NCBI GenBank assembly: GCA_963841435.1
Contig: CAWJCS010000003.1
Location: forward strand, 160,001-224,000
Source of the DNA: an uncultured delta proteobacterium
GTDB taxonomy: Bacteria; Myxococcota_A; Polyangia; Polyangiales; Polyangiaceae
Reading direction: 5' to 3'
Length of the DNA stretch: 64,000 bases
Shown piece by piece: positions 29,593 through 39,531 of the stretch; position 1 is the stretch's first letter, and every line of letters begins with the position of its first letter. The position numbers and the translations under genes were made by a program. The notes below the pieces were generated by a model, which was not told where the DNA came from, searched no databases, and was given only the letters and a program-made list of their open reading frames with translations.

Positions 29593-30611
29593 GGTGACGT
29601 CGATGTAGCAGAGACGCGGACGGCGTCCAAGGGGGCCTCGGGGGCCGAAACCTGGGCAGGCGCCGCGGCGGCCCGGGGCGAGCCCGTTCGCGGCCCGAGA
29701 CGGAGCGCCCGCACGCGCGCCCCGAACCAGCCACGCGTCAACAGATCGAGCTCGACGAGGGCGGCGACGCGCTCGCGCTCGACCGCCATGGGGTCGCCGC
29801 CGTCGTCGCCCTCGAGCAAGCGAGAGGTCGCCTCGTACCAGGCGAGAACGCGGGCGAGCACCCGTGCCGTCAGACGCTCGGCGGCGCGCTCCCGCTCGAG
29901 TCTGAGGCGCTCGATCGCCAGCTCCTCGTCCGTGAACACGATCTGCCCGAGGTGGAAGGTGGCCGTCGCTTCGAGCGTGAGAGCATCGCCGCCGGCGAGG
30001 CTGAAATGCGTGGGATCATCGACGCTCGGCGCCATGCGCAGCGTCTCGTCGTGCAGGCGCGCCGCGCGCAGCCGGAGGTCGGGCAGCACGGCACGGGCGC
30101 GCGCCCGCGAGCCCATGCCATCGAGGTCGCTCTCCCGCTCCGGAGTGCGCGCCGTGCGCTGAGCGACGCGCACGGCGTCACCGACGAGTCGAGCGAGCAG
30201 TCGCGGCGGAAGTAGCCGGGAGGTTCTGGTCTCGGCGTCGGACGGAGGCGCCACCTTCCCCGTGCCGGACGGCGCGACGCCAGGAGGGGACGCGATGTCG
30301 GCCCCCGGCGCGACGGGCTCGCCGTCGTCGGGCGGCGCGGCGCTCGCGATGCGCTTGGGGGCAAAGAGCCGCTCTAGCGGCACGTCGAGCGTCGCGAAGC
30401 CGAAAAGGGCGGAGTGCGTGGTCGCGCGGTCGAGGCGCGCGCCGACCGAGAGCCGCAAATCGTGAGTGCCCGGGCGCGCGACATCGAGCGCGACGGGCGG
30501 CACCGCCCGGGCAAGCCCAGCGGTCGCGAGCACCGCGATGGCGAGCCCGGTCTGCGTCGTGGCGTGGGTCACGGTGCTCGGGTCGGTCACTCGCGCCACG
30601 GGTTGCCTCAC
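29535..30611 (-). CDS. Hypothetical exported protein, helical C-terminus
   Basis: Signal-like GLAIAVLATAGLARA; co-oriented with both neighbours; start uncertain. Confidence 0.6.
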   Translation of the reverse strand: MRQPVARVTDPSTVTHATTQTGLAIAVLATAGLARAVPPVALDVARPGTHDLRLSVGARLDRATTHSALFGFATLDVPLERLFAPKRIASAAPPDDGEPVAPGADIASPPGVAPSGTGKVAPPSDAETRTSRLLPPRLLARLVGDAVRVAQRTARTPERESDLDGMGSRARARAVLPDLRLRAARLHDETLRMAPSVDDPTHFSLAGGDALTLEATATFHLGQIVFTDEELAIERLRLERERAAERLTARVLARVLAWYEATSRLLEGDDGGDPMAVERERVAALVELDLLTRGWFGARVRALRLGPRTGSPRAAAAPAQVSAPEAPLDAVRVSATSTSPCSPKHATDSPTSCGALTR

Positions 30612-30659
30612 CGTGCCCGCGTTGCACGCGCGGCTCGCGGTGCACTCGAGGTTTGGCGC

Positions 30660-32024
30660 TCAGCCGCCCGCGGCGAGCCAGCTCACCACACGACGGCGAA
30701 GCGCGGAGGGCTCGGGACCCGGCGGAGCAAAGCGAACGCGCACGTCGCCCCTGGACCCTTCGTAGACCCATGCCACCGCTCTCGGCGCGAACGAGCCGCC
30801 GGTCGCAACGCCGAGCGCCGCGCGCACCTCGGCGCCCGCCGGCGGACCCACGACGGGAAGCTCGTGCGCACCGCCCGCGATCGGCAAATCGAGCTCGCCG
30901 CGCTCCACGTTCCCTTCGTTCGCCACGAACCAGACGACGCGCAACACGCTGCCGGCCGCGGGCGACTCGATCTCGTAGAACGCCTGAAAGCGCGCGCCTT
31001 CGCAAAAGAGGGCGCAAAATGCCTCGGGCGCGACCCGCTCCGCGGCGGGGACGACGAGAGCCTGCACCTCCGCAGCGCCGACCAGAGGCGTGGGCACGGG
31101 TTCGTCCCGCGCGGAAGCGACCTCCCCTGGGTCGAGCGCAGGCGGAGCGGCAAGCTCCGTGGACGCCTCCCGCTCGGCGAACATCGCGGCTTCCGGGAGC
31201 GGCGCGGTGCGTTCCATCTCGGGATCCGTCGCCGGCTCGTCGGCGCTCGGTGACGCCGGCTCGGTGGCCACCGGTGGCACGCCGCGTGGCGGCTCGGCGA
31301 CGGTCGGTGCTTCGGCAAAGCCGACCTCGGCGCGGGCCGAAAACGTTGCCTCGCCGTTCGACGGGGGACCCCAGTCGGAGGGCCCGGCCTCGGCGGTGGG
31401 CGCTTCCTCCTCGCCGTACTGCGCGTCCTGACCTGCCGCCACCGCGCCCTCGCCGTCAGGCGCCGCGTGCTCGCCGTATGGCGCCGGACGCGCGCCGCTC
31501 GGTGGCGCGTCGACGGGCGGCTCCGTCGCGGTGCCATCGAAGGCCGGACGGAACCAGTGTTCGCCCTGCTCCTGCCCGCGCCGGCGCGAGCCGGCCTCGC
31601 CGCGCTCGATTCGCTCCTTGAGCGCGTGCGCCGCCGCGTGGTCCGGCTCGTTCGCCAGCACCTGCGAAAGCACGGAAAGCGCGCGATCGGCATGACCCTG
31701 CGCAGAGTAGATCTCGGCGAGCGTCAGCGTCGCCACGGGCGGCGGACCTTGCCACTCGCTCTCCGGTTTCGAATCGCCGCGGATCGCCGCCGCCGCGCCC
31801 GGCAAATTGAGCCCCGCGTCGACCACGCTCGCCACGAGATCGCGTGCGACTCCGAGCCAACCGCGCGAGCGGCGCCGCACCGTCGGGTCAGTCTCGCTGA
31901 GCCGCACGATCTCGTCCCTGAGCTCGATGCGCGTCATCACCTCGGGGCGTTCCGCACCGAGCGCCCGGGCGCGCACGATGAGCTCGTCACGCGAAAGCTG
32001 GTCGAGCCCGGGCTCCACGGTCAT
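30660..32024 (-). CDS. Hypothetical protein: Rho-N-like N-terminal helices, one TPR, acidic Pro linker, small beta C-domain
   Basis: LDQLSRDELIVRARALG; TLTLAEIYSAQGHADRALSVL; layout recalls DUF4912 proteins (inference). Confidence 0.65.
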   Translation of the reverse strand: MTVEPGLDQLSRDELIVRARALGAERPEVMTRIELRDEIVRLSETDPTVRRRSRGWLGVARDLVASVVDAGLNLPGAAAAIRGDSKPESEWQGPPPVATLTLAEIYSAQGHADRALSVLSQVLANEPDHAAAHALKERIERGEAGSRRRGQEQGEHWFRPAFDGTATEPPVDAPPSGARPAPYGEHAAPDGEGAVAAGQDAQYGEEEAPTAEAGPSDWGPPSNGEATFSARAEVGFAEAPTVAEPPRGVPPVATEPASPSADEPATDPEMERTAPLPEAAMFAEREASTELAAPPALDPGEVASARDEPVPTPLVGAAEVQALVVPAAERVAPEAFCALFCEGARFQAFYEIESPAAGSVLRVVWFVANEGNVERGELDLPIAGGAHELPVVGPPAGAEVRAALGVATGGSFAPRAVAWVYEGSRGDVRVRFAPPGPEPSALRRRVVSWLAAGG

Positions 32025-32179
32025 GGCAAAAACGTTCTCGCGCGCGAAATCAGCCGGGTCAAGCGGGATGAAATGGCCCGAACGTTCCGTGCTCTCCCAA
32101 AAATCCTGGCTCTTTGCCCGCGCCCCGGCGCGCGGGCAACTCTGTTATCATAGGAAGTTCGGAGAAGGGTGGTGCATCG

Positions 32180-34204
32180 ATGCGCTCGACCAACGCTCGC
32201 ACGGCAAGCTTCCTGGTCCTCGTCGGCCTTTCGGTCGTGCTCGCCGCGGCCTGCGGCCATGCGGACAAGCCCGGTAACCCGGCTGGCGGCGCGCGCGCCG
32301 GCACAGCGGGCTCGAGCGGGCTCGGTGGCGACGGAGGCAGCGGCGGCACGGGGGGCTCGAGCGGCAGCGGCGGCACGGGGGGCTCGAGCGGCAGCGGCGC
32401 GGGCGTGTCGGGAGGCGGCAGGGGGGGCGACACGAGCCTGGGAGGCGAAGCGGGCGAGCCCGCGACCGCCGGCACGGGGGGCACCGCCGGTACGACCGTG
32501 AGCGAGGGCGGCGAAGGGGGCGAGGCCGCCTCCTCGCAGGGCGGCGAGGGCGGCGCCGGCGGCACGGCGCACGCCACGAAGCTCGATCTCCTCTTCGTCG
32601 TCGACAACTCGATCTCGATGTTCGAAAAGCAGGCGGTGCTGAGCGCCGCGGTCCCGGCGCTCGTCGGCCGGCTCGTCAACCCGTGGTGCGTCGGCGCAGG
32701 CTCGACGACGCCGCCCGCCATCAACGGAACCTGCCCGCCGAACCAGCGCCACGAGATCGACCCCGTGCTCGACATGCACGTCGGCGTCGTCACCACGAGC
32801 ATCGGCAGCCACGGCAGCAACGACGTGTGCAGTGCCGCTTCGAACCCCGATGCCGACTACGACGACCGCGCGGAGCTCTTGCCCTTTCACCGCAGCGGGC
32901 TCGTGTCCTGGAATGATTCGGGATTTCTCAAGTGGGATCCCATGCTCGCCGCCAACCCTCCCGGTGAGGACGACGCCGCACAGCTCACGGACGACGTTCG
33001 CACCATGATCGAGGCCGCGGGCATCACCGGTTGCGGTTACGAGGCGCCGCTCGAGGCCATGTACCGCTTCCTCGTCGATCCCGAGCCGCCCCTCACGATC
33101 GGCAACGACGGCACCTTGACCACGGTGACGGGCATCGATCAGGCCGTGCTCGACGAGCGCGCCGCCTTCCTTCGTCCCGACTCCGCGCTCCTAGTCGTCG
33201 TGCTCAGTGACGAGAACGACTGCTCGATCCTCGACGAGGCCGGCGCGCAGGGCTGGCTCGTCCCCTTCAAGGGTGGACCGCAGGTGAACAACTGGCGCAT
33301 GCCGCGCGCGACAGAGGCCTGCCTCGCGGACCCGAACGACGCGGACTGCCATTTGTGTACGCCATCCGACGCGTCCGACGCCGAGTGCGCCAAGGGCTCG
33401 TTTCTGAGCGCGGCCGAGGATCCGATGAACCTGCGCTGCTTCTCTCAGAAGAAGCGCTTCGGGGTCGATCTCCTGTACCCGGTGTCGCGCTACGCCGACG
33501 GGCTCACGGCATCGCGTGTCGCGCGCCGAAGCGGCGGGGAGGCGAACAATCCGCTGTTTGCGGGCGGTCGCGACCCTAGCCTCGTCGTGCTCGCCACGAT
33601 CGTGGGCCTGCCGTGGCAAGACGTCGCGAAGGATCCCGACGACACTCAGAACCTCGATCTCATGAGCGCCGCGGAGCTGCGAGCAGAAGCCCGCTGGCCG
33701 CTGCTCGTCGGCGACTTCGCAAACTATGCCCCCCCCACCGACCCGTTCATGATCGAATCGGTCGCCGAGCGAACGGGTACGAACCCCGTCACGGGCGACG
33801 CGATCGTCCCCTCCTCTTCCCTCGATCCAACCGCCACCCTCAACGGGCACGAGGTCAGCGTGCTCTTCGAGGACGATCTTCAGTACGCGTGCACGTTCGA
33901 GCTCCCCGCACCCATCGCGTGCACAGACCTGAACTCGAACGGCTGCGACTGCAACGCCGACGAGCTGCTCTACAACCGCCCGCTCTGTCAGCCTCCGGGC
34001 GGCGGCGCCGCGGACACGACGCAGTACTTCGGCAAGGCGTACCCGGGCCTGCGTGAGCTCGAGGTCGCTCGGCGGCTCGGCGACCGCGCCGTGGTCTCCT
34101 CGATTTGCCCGCGCAACGCCACGAACGGCGGCCGCACCGACTACGGCTATCTCCCGGCGATGCGCGCGATTCAAATGCGTATCAACACGCTGCTCGGCGA
34201 CTGA
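32180..34204 (+). CDS. Gly-linker lipoprotein with vWA-like, Cys-rich domain
   Basis: Lipobox AAAC; KLDLLFVVDNSISM (MIDAS-like DxSxS), GCGYEAPLEAM, FLRPDSAL, SDENDCS. Confidence 0.8.
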   Translation: MRSTNARTASFLVLVGLSVVLAAACGHADKPGNPAGGARAGTAGSSGLGGDGGSGGTGGSSGSGGTGGSSGSGAGVSGGGRGGDTSLGGEAGEPATAGTGGTAGTTVSEGGEGGEAASSQGGEGGAGGTAHATKLDLLFVVDNSISMFEKQAVLSAAVPALVGRLVNPWCVGAGSTTPPAINGTCPPNQRHEIDPVLDMHVGVVTTSIGSHGSNDVCSAASNPDADYDDRAELLPFHRSGLVSWNDSGFLKWDPMLAANPPGEDDAAQLTDDVRTMIEAAGITGCGYEAPLEAMYRFLVDPEPPLTIGNDGTLTTVTGIDQAVLDERAAFLRPDSALLVVVLSDENDCSILDEAGAQGWLVPFKGGPQVNNWRMPRATEACLADPNDADCHLCTPSDASDAECAKGSFLSAAEDPMNLRCFSQKKRFGVDLLYPVSRYADGLTASRVARRSGGEANNPLFAGGRDPSLVVLATIVGLPWQDVAKDPDDTQNLDLMSAAELRAEARWPLLVGDFANYAPPTDPFMIESVAERTGTNPVTGDAIVPSSSLDPTATLNGHEVSVLFEDDLQYACTFELPAPIACTDLNSNGCDCNADELLYNRPLCQPPGGGAADTTQYFGKAYPGLRELEVARRLGDRAVVSSICPRNATNGGRTDYGYLPAMRAIQMRINTLLGD

Positions 34205-34504
34205 AAACCGAAGACCCTCGAGTTTCGGGAGACCGTGGGAGCGCGAGAAGAATATGGCGATGCGCCGGGAATCTTGCCGACCGATTTCCGCTCTCCGACT
34301 GCCGATCCGATGCCCGGTGGCACTGGTCGTGGAGTGACGCCGCACCCGGGCACCGACCTCGCGAATCACGTGCCGCTGCGTCACACTAGGTTGCGCAAGC
34401 TCGCCGCCAATAGTGAAAGGACCAAGGGGTGGTTCGGGTGTCAGAACCAAGCAGATCCACTGGGCGTCGTGCCCACTCGCGCTAGCTAGCGCTCGGAGGT
34501 TCCA

Positions 34505-35932
34505 TTGCGTTCCAACAAAGTGATGCTCTGCTCGGCCATCTGGCTTTGCCTCTCCGGTTGCAGTATCGAGGCTGATCCGGGAACCGATGCGGGCGGGGCG
34601 TCGGGCGTCGGCGGCAGCGCGGTGAGCGGCGCCGGCGGCAGCGTGCAGGGCGGCGCGGGTGTCGGCACGGGCGGCACCTCCGCAGTTTCCGGCACGAGCG
34701 GCACGAGCGTGGGCGGGAGCTCCGCGGCAGGCGGCTCTTCGGGTGCGAGCGGCGCGTCGGCCGCGGGCGGCAGCCTCGCCGCTGGCGGCACGAGCGGCAC
34801 GAGCGGTGCGAGCGGCGCTGGCTTTGGTGGCGCGGGCAACGCCGGTTCGGGCGGTCTCGCTGCCGGCGGCAGCGCCGGCGTGAGCGGCGCGAGCGGTGAT
34901 GCGAGCGGCGGCTCGTCGAGCGGCGGCATGCCGCCGGGTGGTGCAGGCGGCACGCTGGGTGGTGCAGGCGCCGGCGGATCCGGAGGCTCCGGTGGCGGCA
35001 CCCCGCCGCCACCGTCGGGCTTGCCCGTACCGCCCGGCGCTTCGGACGTCGCGAAGCCCGCGGGAACGCCCAACAACGTGACGGTCATCAACTGGGCCGG
35101 CTTCAAGGGCGCCGTTTCGTATTCGTTCGACGACGCGAACTCGTCGCAGATCCAGCACTACTCCGAGCTTCAGGCGCTCGGCGTGCCGTTCACCTTCTAC
35201 CTTTGGACGGGAAAGTCCGACGCGTCGAACTCGATCTGGGGACAAGCGCTCAAGGACGGGCATGAGCTCGGTAACCACACCCAGAGCCACCAGAGCAACG
35301 GGACCGGCCAGGACATCGACTCGGCGACGCAGTTCATCATGCAGAAGTTCGGCGTGCAGGCCTACACGATGGCCGCTCCCAACGGTGCCTCGGGCTACAC
35401 GAGCCTGGCCAAGGGCCGCTTCATCATCAATCGCGGCGTTTCCGACAACTTGATCGGCCCGAACGACAACTCCGATCCTTTCACGCTGCCCACCTTCATC
35501 CCGCCGCAGGGCGCGAGCGCGAGCGCCTTCAACTCGGAGGTCGACTCGGCGCAGTCAGCCGGGAAATGGCGCACGATGTGCATTCACGGCTTCCAGGGTG
35601 GCAGCGACGGCGCCTATCAGCCCGTACCGCTCGACCAATTCATCTCGAGCGTCAATCACGCGAAGTCGCTCGGCAACATGTGGATCGGCACGATGGTGGA
35701 CGTGGGGTCGTACTGGCTGGGGCAAAAGGCCTTCAGCAGCGCAACCACCATGACGCAGGGCAGCGACAAGACCTGGAGCTGGACGCTTCCGGACAAGTTT
35801 CCGCCAGGCAAGTACCTGCGCGTGACGGTCGACGGCGGAACGCTCAAGCAAGACGGCGCGGCGCTCGCCTGGGATGGCCACGGCTACTACGAAATCGCGC
35901 TCGACGCGGGCTCGGTGACACTGTCGCCGTAG
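34505..35932 (+). CDS. Gly-linker lipoprotein with polysaccharide deacetylase (NodB/CE4-like) domain
   Basis: Lipobox LSGC; AVSYSFDD, GHELGNHTQSH, MCIHG motifs. Confidence 0.82.
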   Translation: MRSNKVMLCSAIWLCLSGCSIEADPGTDAGGASGVGGSAVSGAGGSVQGGAGVGTGGTSAVSGTSGTSVGGSSAAGGSSGASGASAAGGSLAAGGTSGTSGASGAGFGGAGNAGSGGLAAGGSAGVSGASGDASGGSSSGGMPPGGAGGTLGGAGAGGSGGSGGGTPPPPSGLPVPPGASDVAKPAGTPNNVTVINWAGFKGAVSYSFDDANSSQIQHYSELQALGVPFTFYLWTGKSDASNSIWGQALKDGHELGNHTQSHQSNGTGQDIDSATQFIMQKFGVQAYTMAAPNGASGYTSLAKGRFIINRGVSDNLIGPNDNSDPFTLPTFIPPQGASASAFNSEVDSAQSAGKWRTMCIHGFQGGSDGAYQPVPLDQFISSVNHAKSLGNMWIGTMVDVGSYWLGQKAFSSATTMTQGSDKTWSWTLPDKFPPGKYLRVTVDGGTLKQDGAALAWDGHGYYEIALDAGSVTLSP

Positions 35933-35948
35933 GACTGGCGGAGCAGTC

Positions 35949-36929
35949 CTAGAGGCCGAAGACGGCGCCGATGCGCTCGAGCGACCAGTACGCCGCGACG
36001 CCGCCCATGGCGTAAACGACGCTGCGGTGGAGCCAGGCGCGCTCGAGGCGAAGCCGCGCGGCGAGCAGGCCGACGACGCCCACGGCCGCAATGACGCCGA
36101 GCTGGCCGAGCTCGACCCCGACGTTGAAGAAGAGCAGCGCCGTGGGGACGTGCTGCTCGGGCACGCCGAGGTCGAGCAACGCCGAGGCGAAGCCGAGACC
36201 GTGAAGCAGGCCGAACGCGAAGGCGACCGCCCAGGGCGCGCGTCGCGTCAAGGAGTCGCTGGCGCGCAGGCACTCCGCACAGACGAGCACGATCGACAGC
36301 GCAATCGCGGCCTCCACGGGCGGCACGGCGACGCGGACGAGCCCGAGCACGGTCGCCGCGAGCGTCAGGCTGTGCGCGAGCGTAAACGCGGTGATCGTGG
36401 TGACGAGCGGCGCCCCCCAACGCACGAGGAACGAAAGCGCGACGACGAACAACAGGTGATCGAACCCGGTCAAAATGTGCTCGATGCCGAGCCGCGTGTA
36501 ATCGACGACGAGCGGCGCGAGTGCGCGATAGCCGCCCGAAGCGGGCATGCCGTAGACGGTGACGCTCGGCGAGCTCGCCGTGAGCACGCGCATGAGACGG
36601 GTGCCGTTTTGCCACTCGATGTCGAGCATGACGCGCGTCAGGGTCCCTTCGAGCCACGGAAACGCGACCGGACCGACGAGCCCGGAGGGCCCGCAATCGA
36701 GACGCGCCCCGTCGAGCGCGCAGCCTTTCGGAAACACCGCGGCCGTGGCGAGCGACTCCTCGAGCGTCGGGGAGCTCGAGGTAAAGCGCACCGAAAAGCG
36801 CCCCGCGGCCACCTCGGTCAGGGTGAGCGAGGCCGAATCGATCGCGTGGCTCCACGCGGGGCGAGCGACAGCGAGCAGCGCCAGAGCCAAAAGCGGCGCC
36901 CAGAGCCGGCAGGAGCGACCCCCAGTCAC
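35949..36929 (-). CDS. HupE/UreJ family membrane protein
   Basis: LGIEHILTGFDHLLF, AFTLAHSLTL, FGLLHGLGFA, FNVGVELGQ. Confidence 0.9.
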   Translation of the reverse strand: MTGGRSCRLWAPLLALALLAVARPAWSHAIDSASLTLTEVAAGRFSVRFTSSSPTLEESLATAAVFPKGCALDGARLDCGPSGLVGPVAFPWLEGTLTRVMLDIEWQNGTRLMRVLTASSPSVTVYGMPASGGYRALAPLVVDYTRLGIEHILTGFDHLLFVVALSFLVRWGAPLVTTITAFTLAHSLTLAATVLGLVRVAVPPVEAAIALSIVLVCAECLRASDSLTRRAPWAVAFAFGLLHGLGFASALLDLGVPEQHVPTALLFFNVGVELGQLGVIAAVGVVGLLAARLRLERAWLHRSVVYAMGGVAAYWSLERIGAVFGL

Positions 36930-37726
36930 GGTCGCTCCTCGAAGCGATAGCGCTCGACGATGCGCTGCACCGCTCGGTCGATCGCCCGCTGTTCCTCGGC
37001 GAAGGTCCAGTCGGCGACGAGACGCGCGTGCAACGCCTCCCGACTCGGCAGGCCACCTTCGACGCGATTTAGCCGTACGAGCAACAGCGCCTTGTCGCTT
37101 TCGAGCCGTTCAAAGTGGCCGATGGGCAGGCCGCGGACGCGCTCCCCGAGCGCCGCGCCGAACCGTTGATCGAGCTCGGCGGCGGCGAGCACGCCTCCGA
37201 TGATGGGCCGGCCGAGCGTTCGCGCGTCCTGTCCTCCCGAGAGGGCACGCTCGTAGTCCTCGCGCTCCTTTGCCGCCGCCGGGTCGGTCTTGGAAAAGAC
37301 GATGGCCTCGTAGTCGTAGCGAGTCGGAAGCTCGTACTGTCTTTTGTGCGTCGCGAAAAAGCGATCGAGCTCCGCCTCCGAGGGCTCGCGTTTCTTGATC
37401 TCGAGCGCCGCGAGGGCGCGCATCTTGTCGGCGAGAGCCGTGCGGACCGCCGGATCGTCTCGATCGAGGTGCTCGCTGAGCGCCTCGCGGTAGAGCGCCT
37501 CGTCGCGTTTCCACGTCTCGACGGCGTTCGCGAGCTCGGGCGGGGTCGGCGGGCGGCCGTTCTGATCGACGAAGCGCCGCTCGAGCCCCGCCTTGACCCC
37601 GCCGCTCACGACGATGGTGCGCGAGTCGCCCGCGACCAGCCGGTGCCCGATGAGCAGCACCGCCCCGATGACGAAGAAGTGAACCATCGGCTCGCCGAGC
37701 AAGCTCCGCACGCGGCGTCTTAACAC
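36926..37726 (-). CDS. PpiC/rotamase-like membrane-anchored periplasmic chaperone
   Basis: LLGEPMVHFFVIGA, DEALYREAL...LDRDDPAVR; GTGA overlap with hupE. Start is 37726 or 37687. Confidence 0.78.
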   Translation of the reverse strand: MLRRRVRSLLGEPMVHFFVIGAVLLIGHRLVAGDSRTIVVSGGVKAGLERRFVDQNGRPPTPPELANAVETWKRDEALYREALSEHLDRDDPAVRTALADKMRALAALEIKKREPSEAELDRFFATHKRQYELPTRYDYEAIVFSKTDPAAAKEREDYERALSGGQDARTLGRPIIGGVLAAAELDQRFGAALGERVRGLPIGHFERLESDKALLLVRLNRVEGGLPSREALHARLVADWTFAEEQRAIDRAVQRIVERYRFEERP

Positions 37727-37897
37727 TACTGTCAGAGTCTTGGAGGAACAGATCACGATCCGGCAGAGAGAACATGAGCCACGAAAGCAACTGGCGCGGC
37801 CAGCGGGCGGCCGTCTTCGCCGCCGTCCGAAAAGTTCGCCGCTCGCCAATCTGCGAATTTCTCGAAGGAAACGCGAATCTCTGACAGTAGTCTTAAG
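37719..37897. repeat. 19-bp inverted repeat pair bracketing a divergent intergenic region
   Basis: CTTAACACTACTGTCAGAG (37719-37737) and CTCTGACAGTAGTCTTAAG (37879-37897) are reverse complements at 18 of 19 positions. Confidence 0.85.
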
Positions 37898-38037
37898 GCG
37901 CGTGGACGGCTGGTCATGGGGTGGCGTTGGTCCGAACCCGAGGGGGCGCGCTCGTCGTCACTGACCGATCGGGTCGCCCGAAAGCAACTAAGCTACGGCG
38001 GGCGACGCCACCGGTACAGAGTTCCGAGCCGAGGAGA

Positions 38038-39450
38038 ATGCCGAGACCCATGCGCGATACCTCGCTTTCGTACGGGAGCCAGCACTCGAGAGCCTCGGCG
38101 CTCTTCTGTTCATTTGTGGCAACTTGTGCCCTGCTGGTCGCCGCTACGGGCTGTGGCACCGCGAGCGACCCGGCGACGCTGGCTGGGCAGGGGGGCGGGA
38201 GCGGCGCCACCCCGGGTGAGGTCGGCGGAGCCGGCGTCTCGGGCACGGGAGGGTCGTCGGGGGCGTCGACCGGTGGGGCGGCAGCCGGCGGAGCCGGAGG
38301 CGGAGCGCCCGCGGGCGGCGCGGGCGGTGTGTCGGGGGGCGGCGGTGCGCCGAGCGCCGGCGCCGCGGGGCTCGCAGGCTCACCAGGGGCAGGCAACGGG
38401 GGTGACGGCGGCGGCGGCGCCACGTCGGGCGGCGGCGCCGGCATGGCAGGCACCGCGGGCGCGGCAGCCGGCACGGCAGGCGCGGCGGGCACGGCAGGCA
38501 CGGCAGGCACGGCGGGCTCCGCAGGCGGCGGCGGGGTCACCGGAAGCGGCGGGGCAGCGGGCACCGCAGGCGGCGGCGGTACGGCGGCCCTTCCGCCTCC
38601 CGTCTCGGACACCAGCTCCACGCTGCCCGTCGCGAGCCCGGGCGGACAGTACCAAGTCGACGCCAACATTCCCTACGGCGATCTGCCGAGACAGCGCCTC
38701 GACGTGATCTACCCGAAGGGCGGCGGTCCAAACGCGAAGACCAAGCTCCCGGGCGTCATCATGTTCCACGGCGGTGGGTGGATCCAGGGCGACAAGGCCA
38801 CCATGTCGAGCTTTTACAGCCGCTTCCTCGCGCACGGCTTCATCGTGTGCACCGCCGAGTATCGCGTCGCCGACGGCACGCCGACGGGCGGCACGGCGCC
38901 AGCCGCCGTCGAGGACGCGCTGCTCGCGGCCAAGTGGTTCTGGGACTACCTCGACTACTACAACGTCGATCGCGACCGGTACATCGTCACGGGCGCTTCG
39001 GCGGGCGGGCACCTCGCGCTCATGGTGGGCATGGCGACACCGGAGGCGATGCTCGGACCCACGAGCCCCGCCGATTACAGGATAGCCGCGATCGTCAACG
39101 GCTACGGTCCCCCGGACGTGCCCGATCTCTTGGCGCGGAACACGAGCTTCGCCGTTCAGTGGCTGCCCGCGAGCACGCCGAACCGCGACGAGCTCGCCGT
39201 ACGCGTGAGCCCCATCACCTACGCGCGCGCCGACATCCCACCGCTCATCACCGTTCAGGGCTCGAACGACACGACCGTCCCGGTGGCCGAAAATCAGCAC
39301 CTCGATCAGCTCCTCAAGGCGGCCGGCGCCGACGCCGACATCCACCTCGTCGCGGGAGCCGGACACGGCTTCTCCGATCCGGCGACGGCCTGGCCCGACG
39401 CCGAGAAGACGATGTTCGACTTTCTGACCGCGCACGGGATTATCCCTTAG
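38038..39450 (+). CDS. Gly-linker lipoprotein with alpha/beta hydrolase (esterase) domain
   Basis: Lipobox ATGC; HGGGW, GASAGGHLA, GSNDTTVP, GAGHGF (Ser-Asp-His triad). Confidence 0.88.
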   Translation: MPRPMRDTSLSYGSQHSRASALFCSFVATCALLVAATGCGTASDPATLAGQGGGSGATPGEVGGAGVSGTGGSSGASTGGAAAGGAGGGAPAGGAGGVSGGGGAPSAGAAGLAGSPGAGNGGDGGGGATSGGGAGMAGTAGAAAGTAGAAGTAGTAGTAGSAGGGGVTGSGGAAGTAGGGGTAALPPPVSDTSSTLPVASPGGQYQVDANIPYGDLPRQRLDVIYPKGGGPNAKTKLPGVIMFHGGGWIQGDKATMSSFYSRFLAHGFIVCTAEYRVADGTPTGGTAPAAVEDALLAAKWFWDYLDYYNVDRDRYIVTGASAGGHLALMVGMATPEAMLGPTSPADYRIAAIVNGYGPPDVPDLLARNTSFAVQWLPASTPNRDELAVRVSPITYARADIPPLITVQGSNDTTVPVAENQHLDQLLKAAGADADIHLVAGAGHGFSDPATAWPDAEKTMFDFLTAHGIIP

Positions 39451-39531
39451 ACGCGCCTCCCCACGCGCCCAGCGACGAGCCGTTCGCTCGGAAGGCATCG
39501 ACGCTCGGCATTTAGGGGGTAGCTTGAGCCC

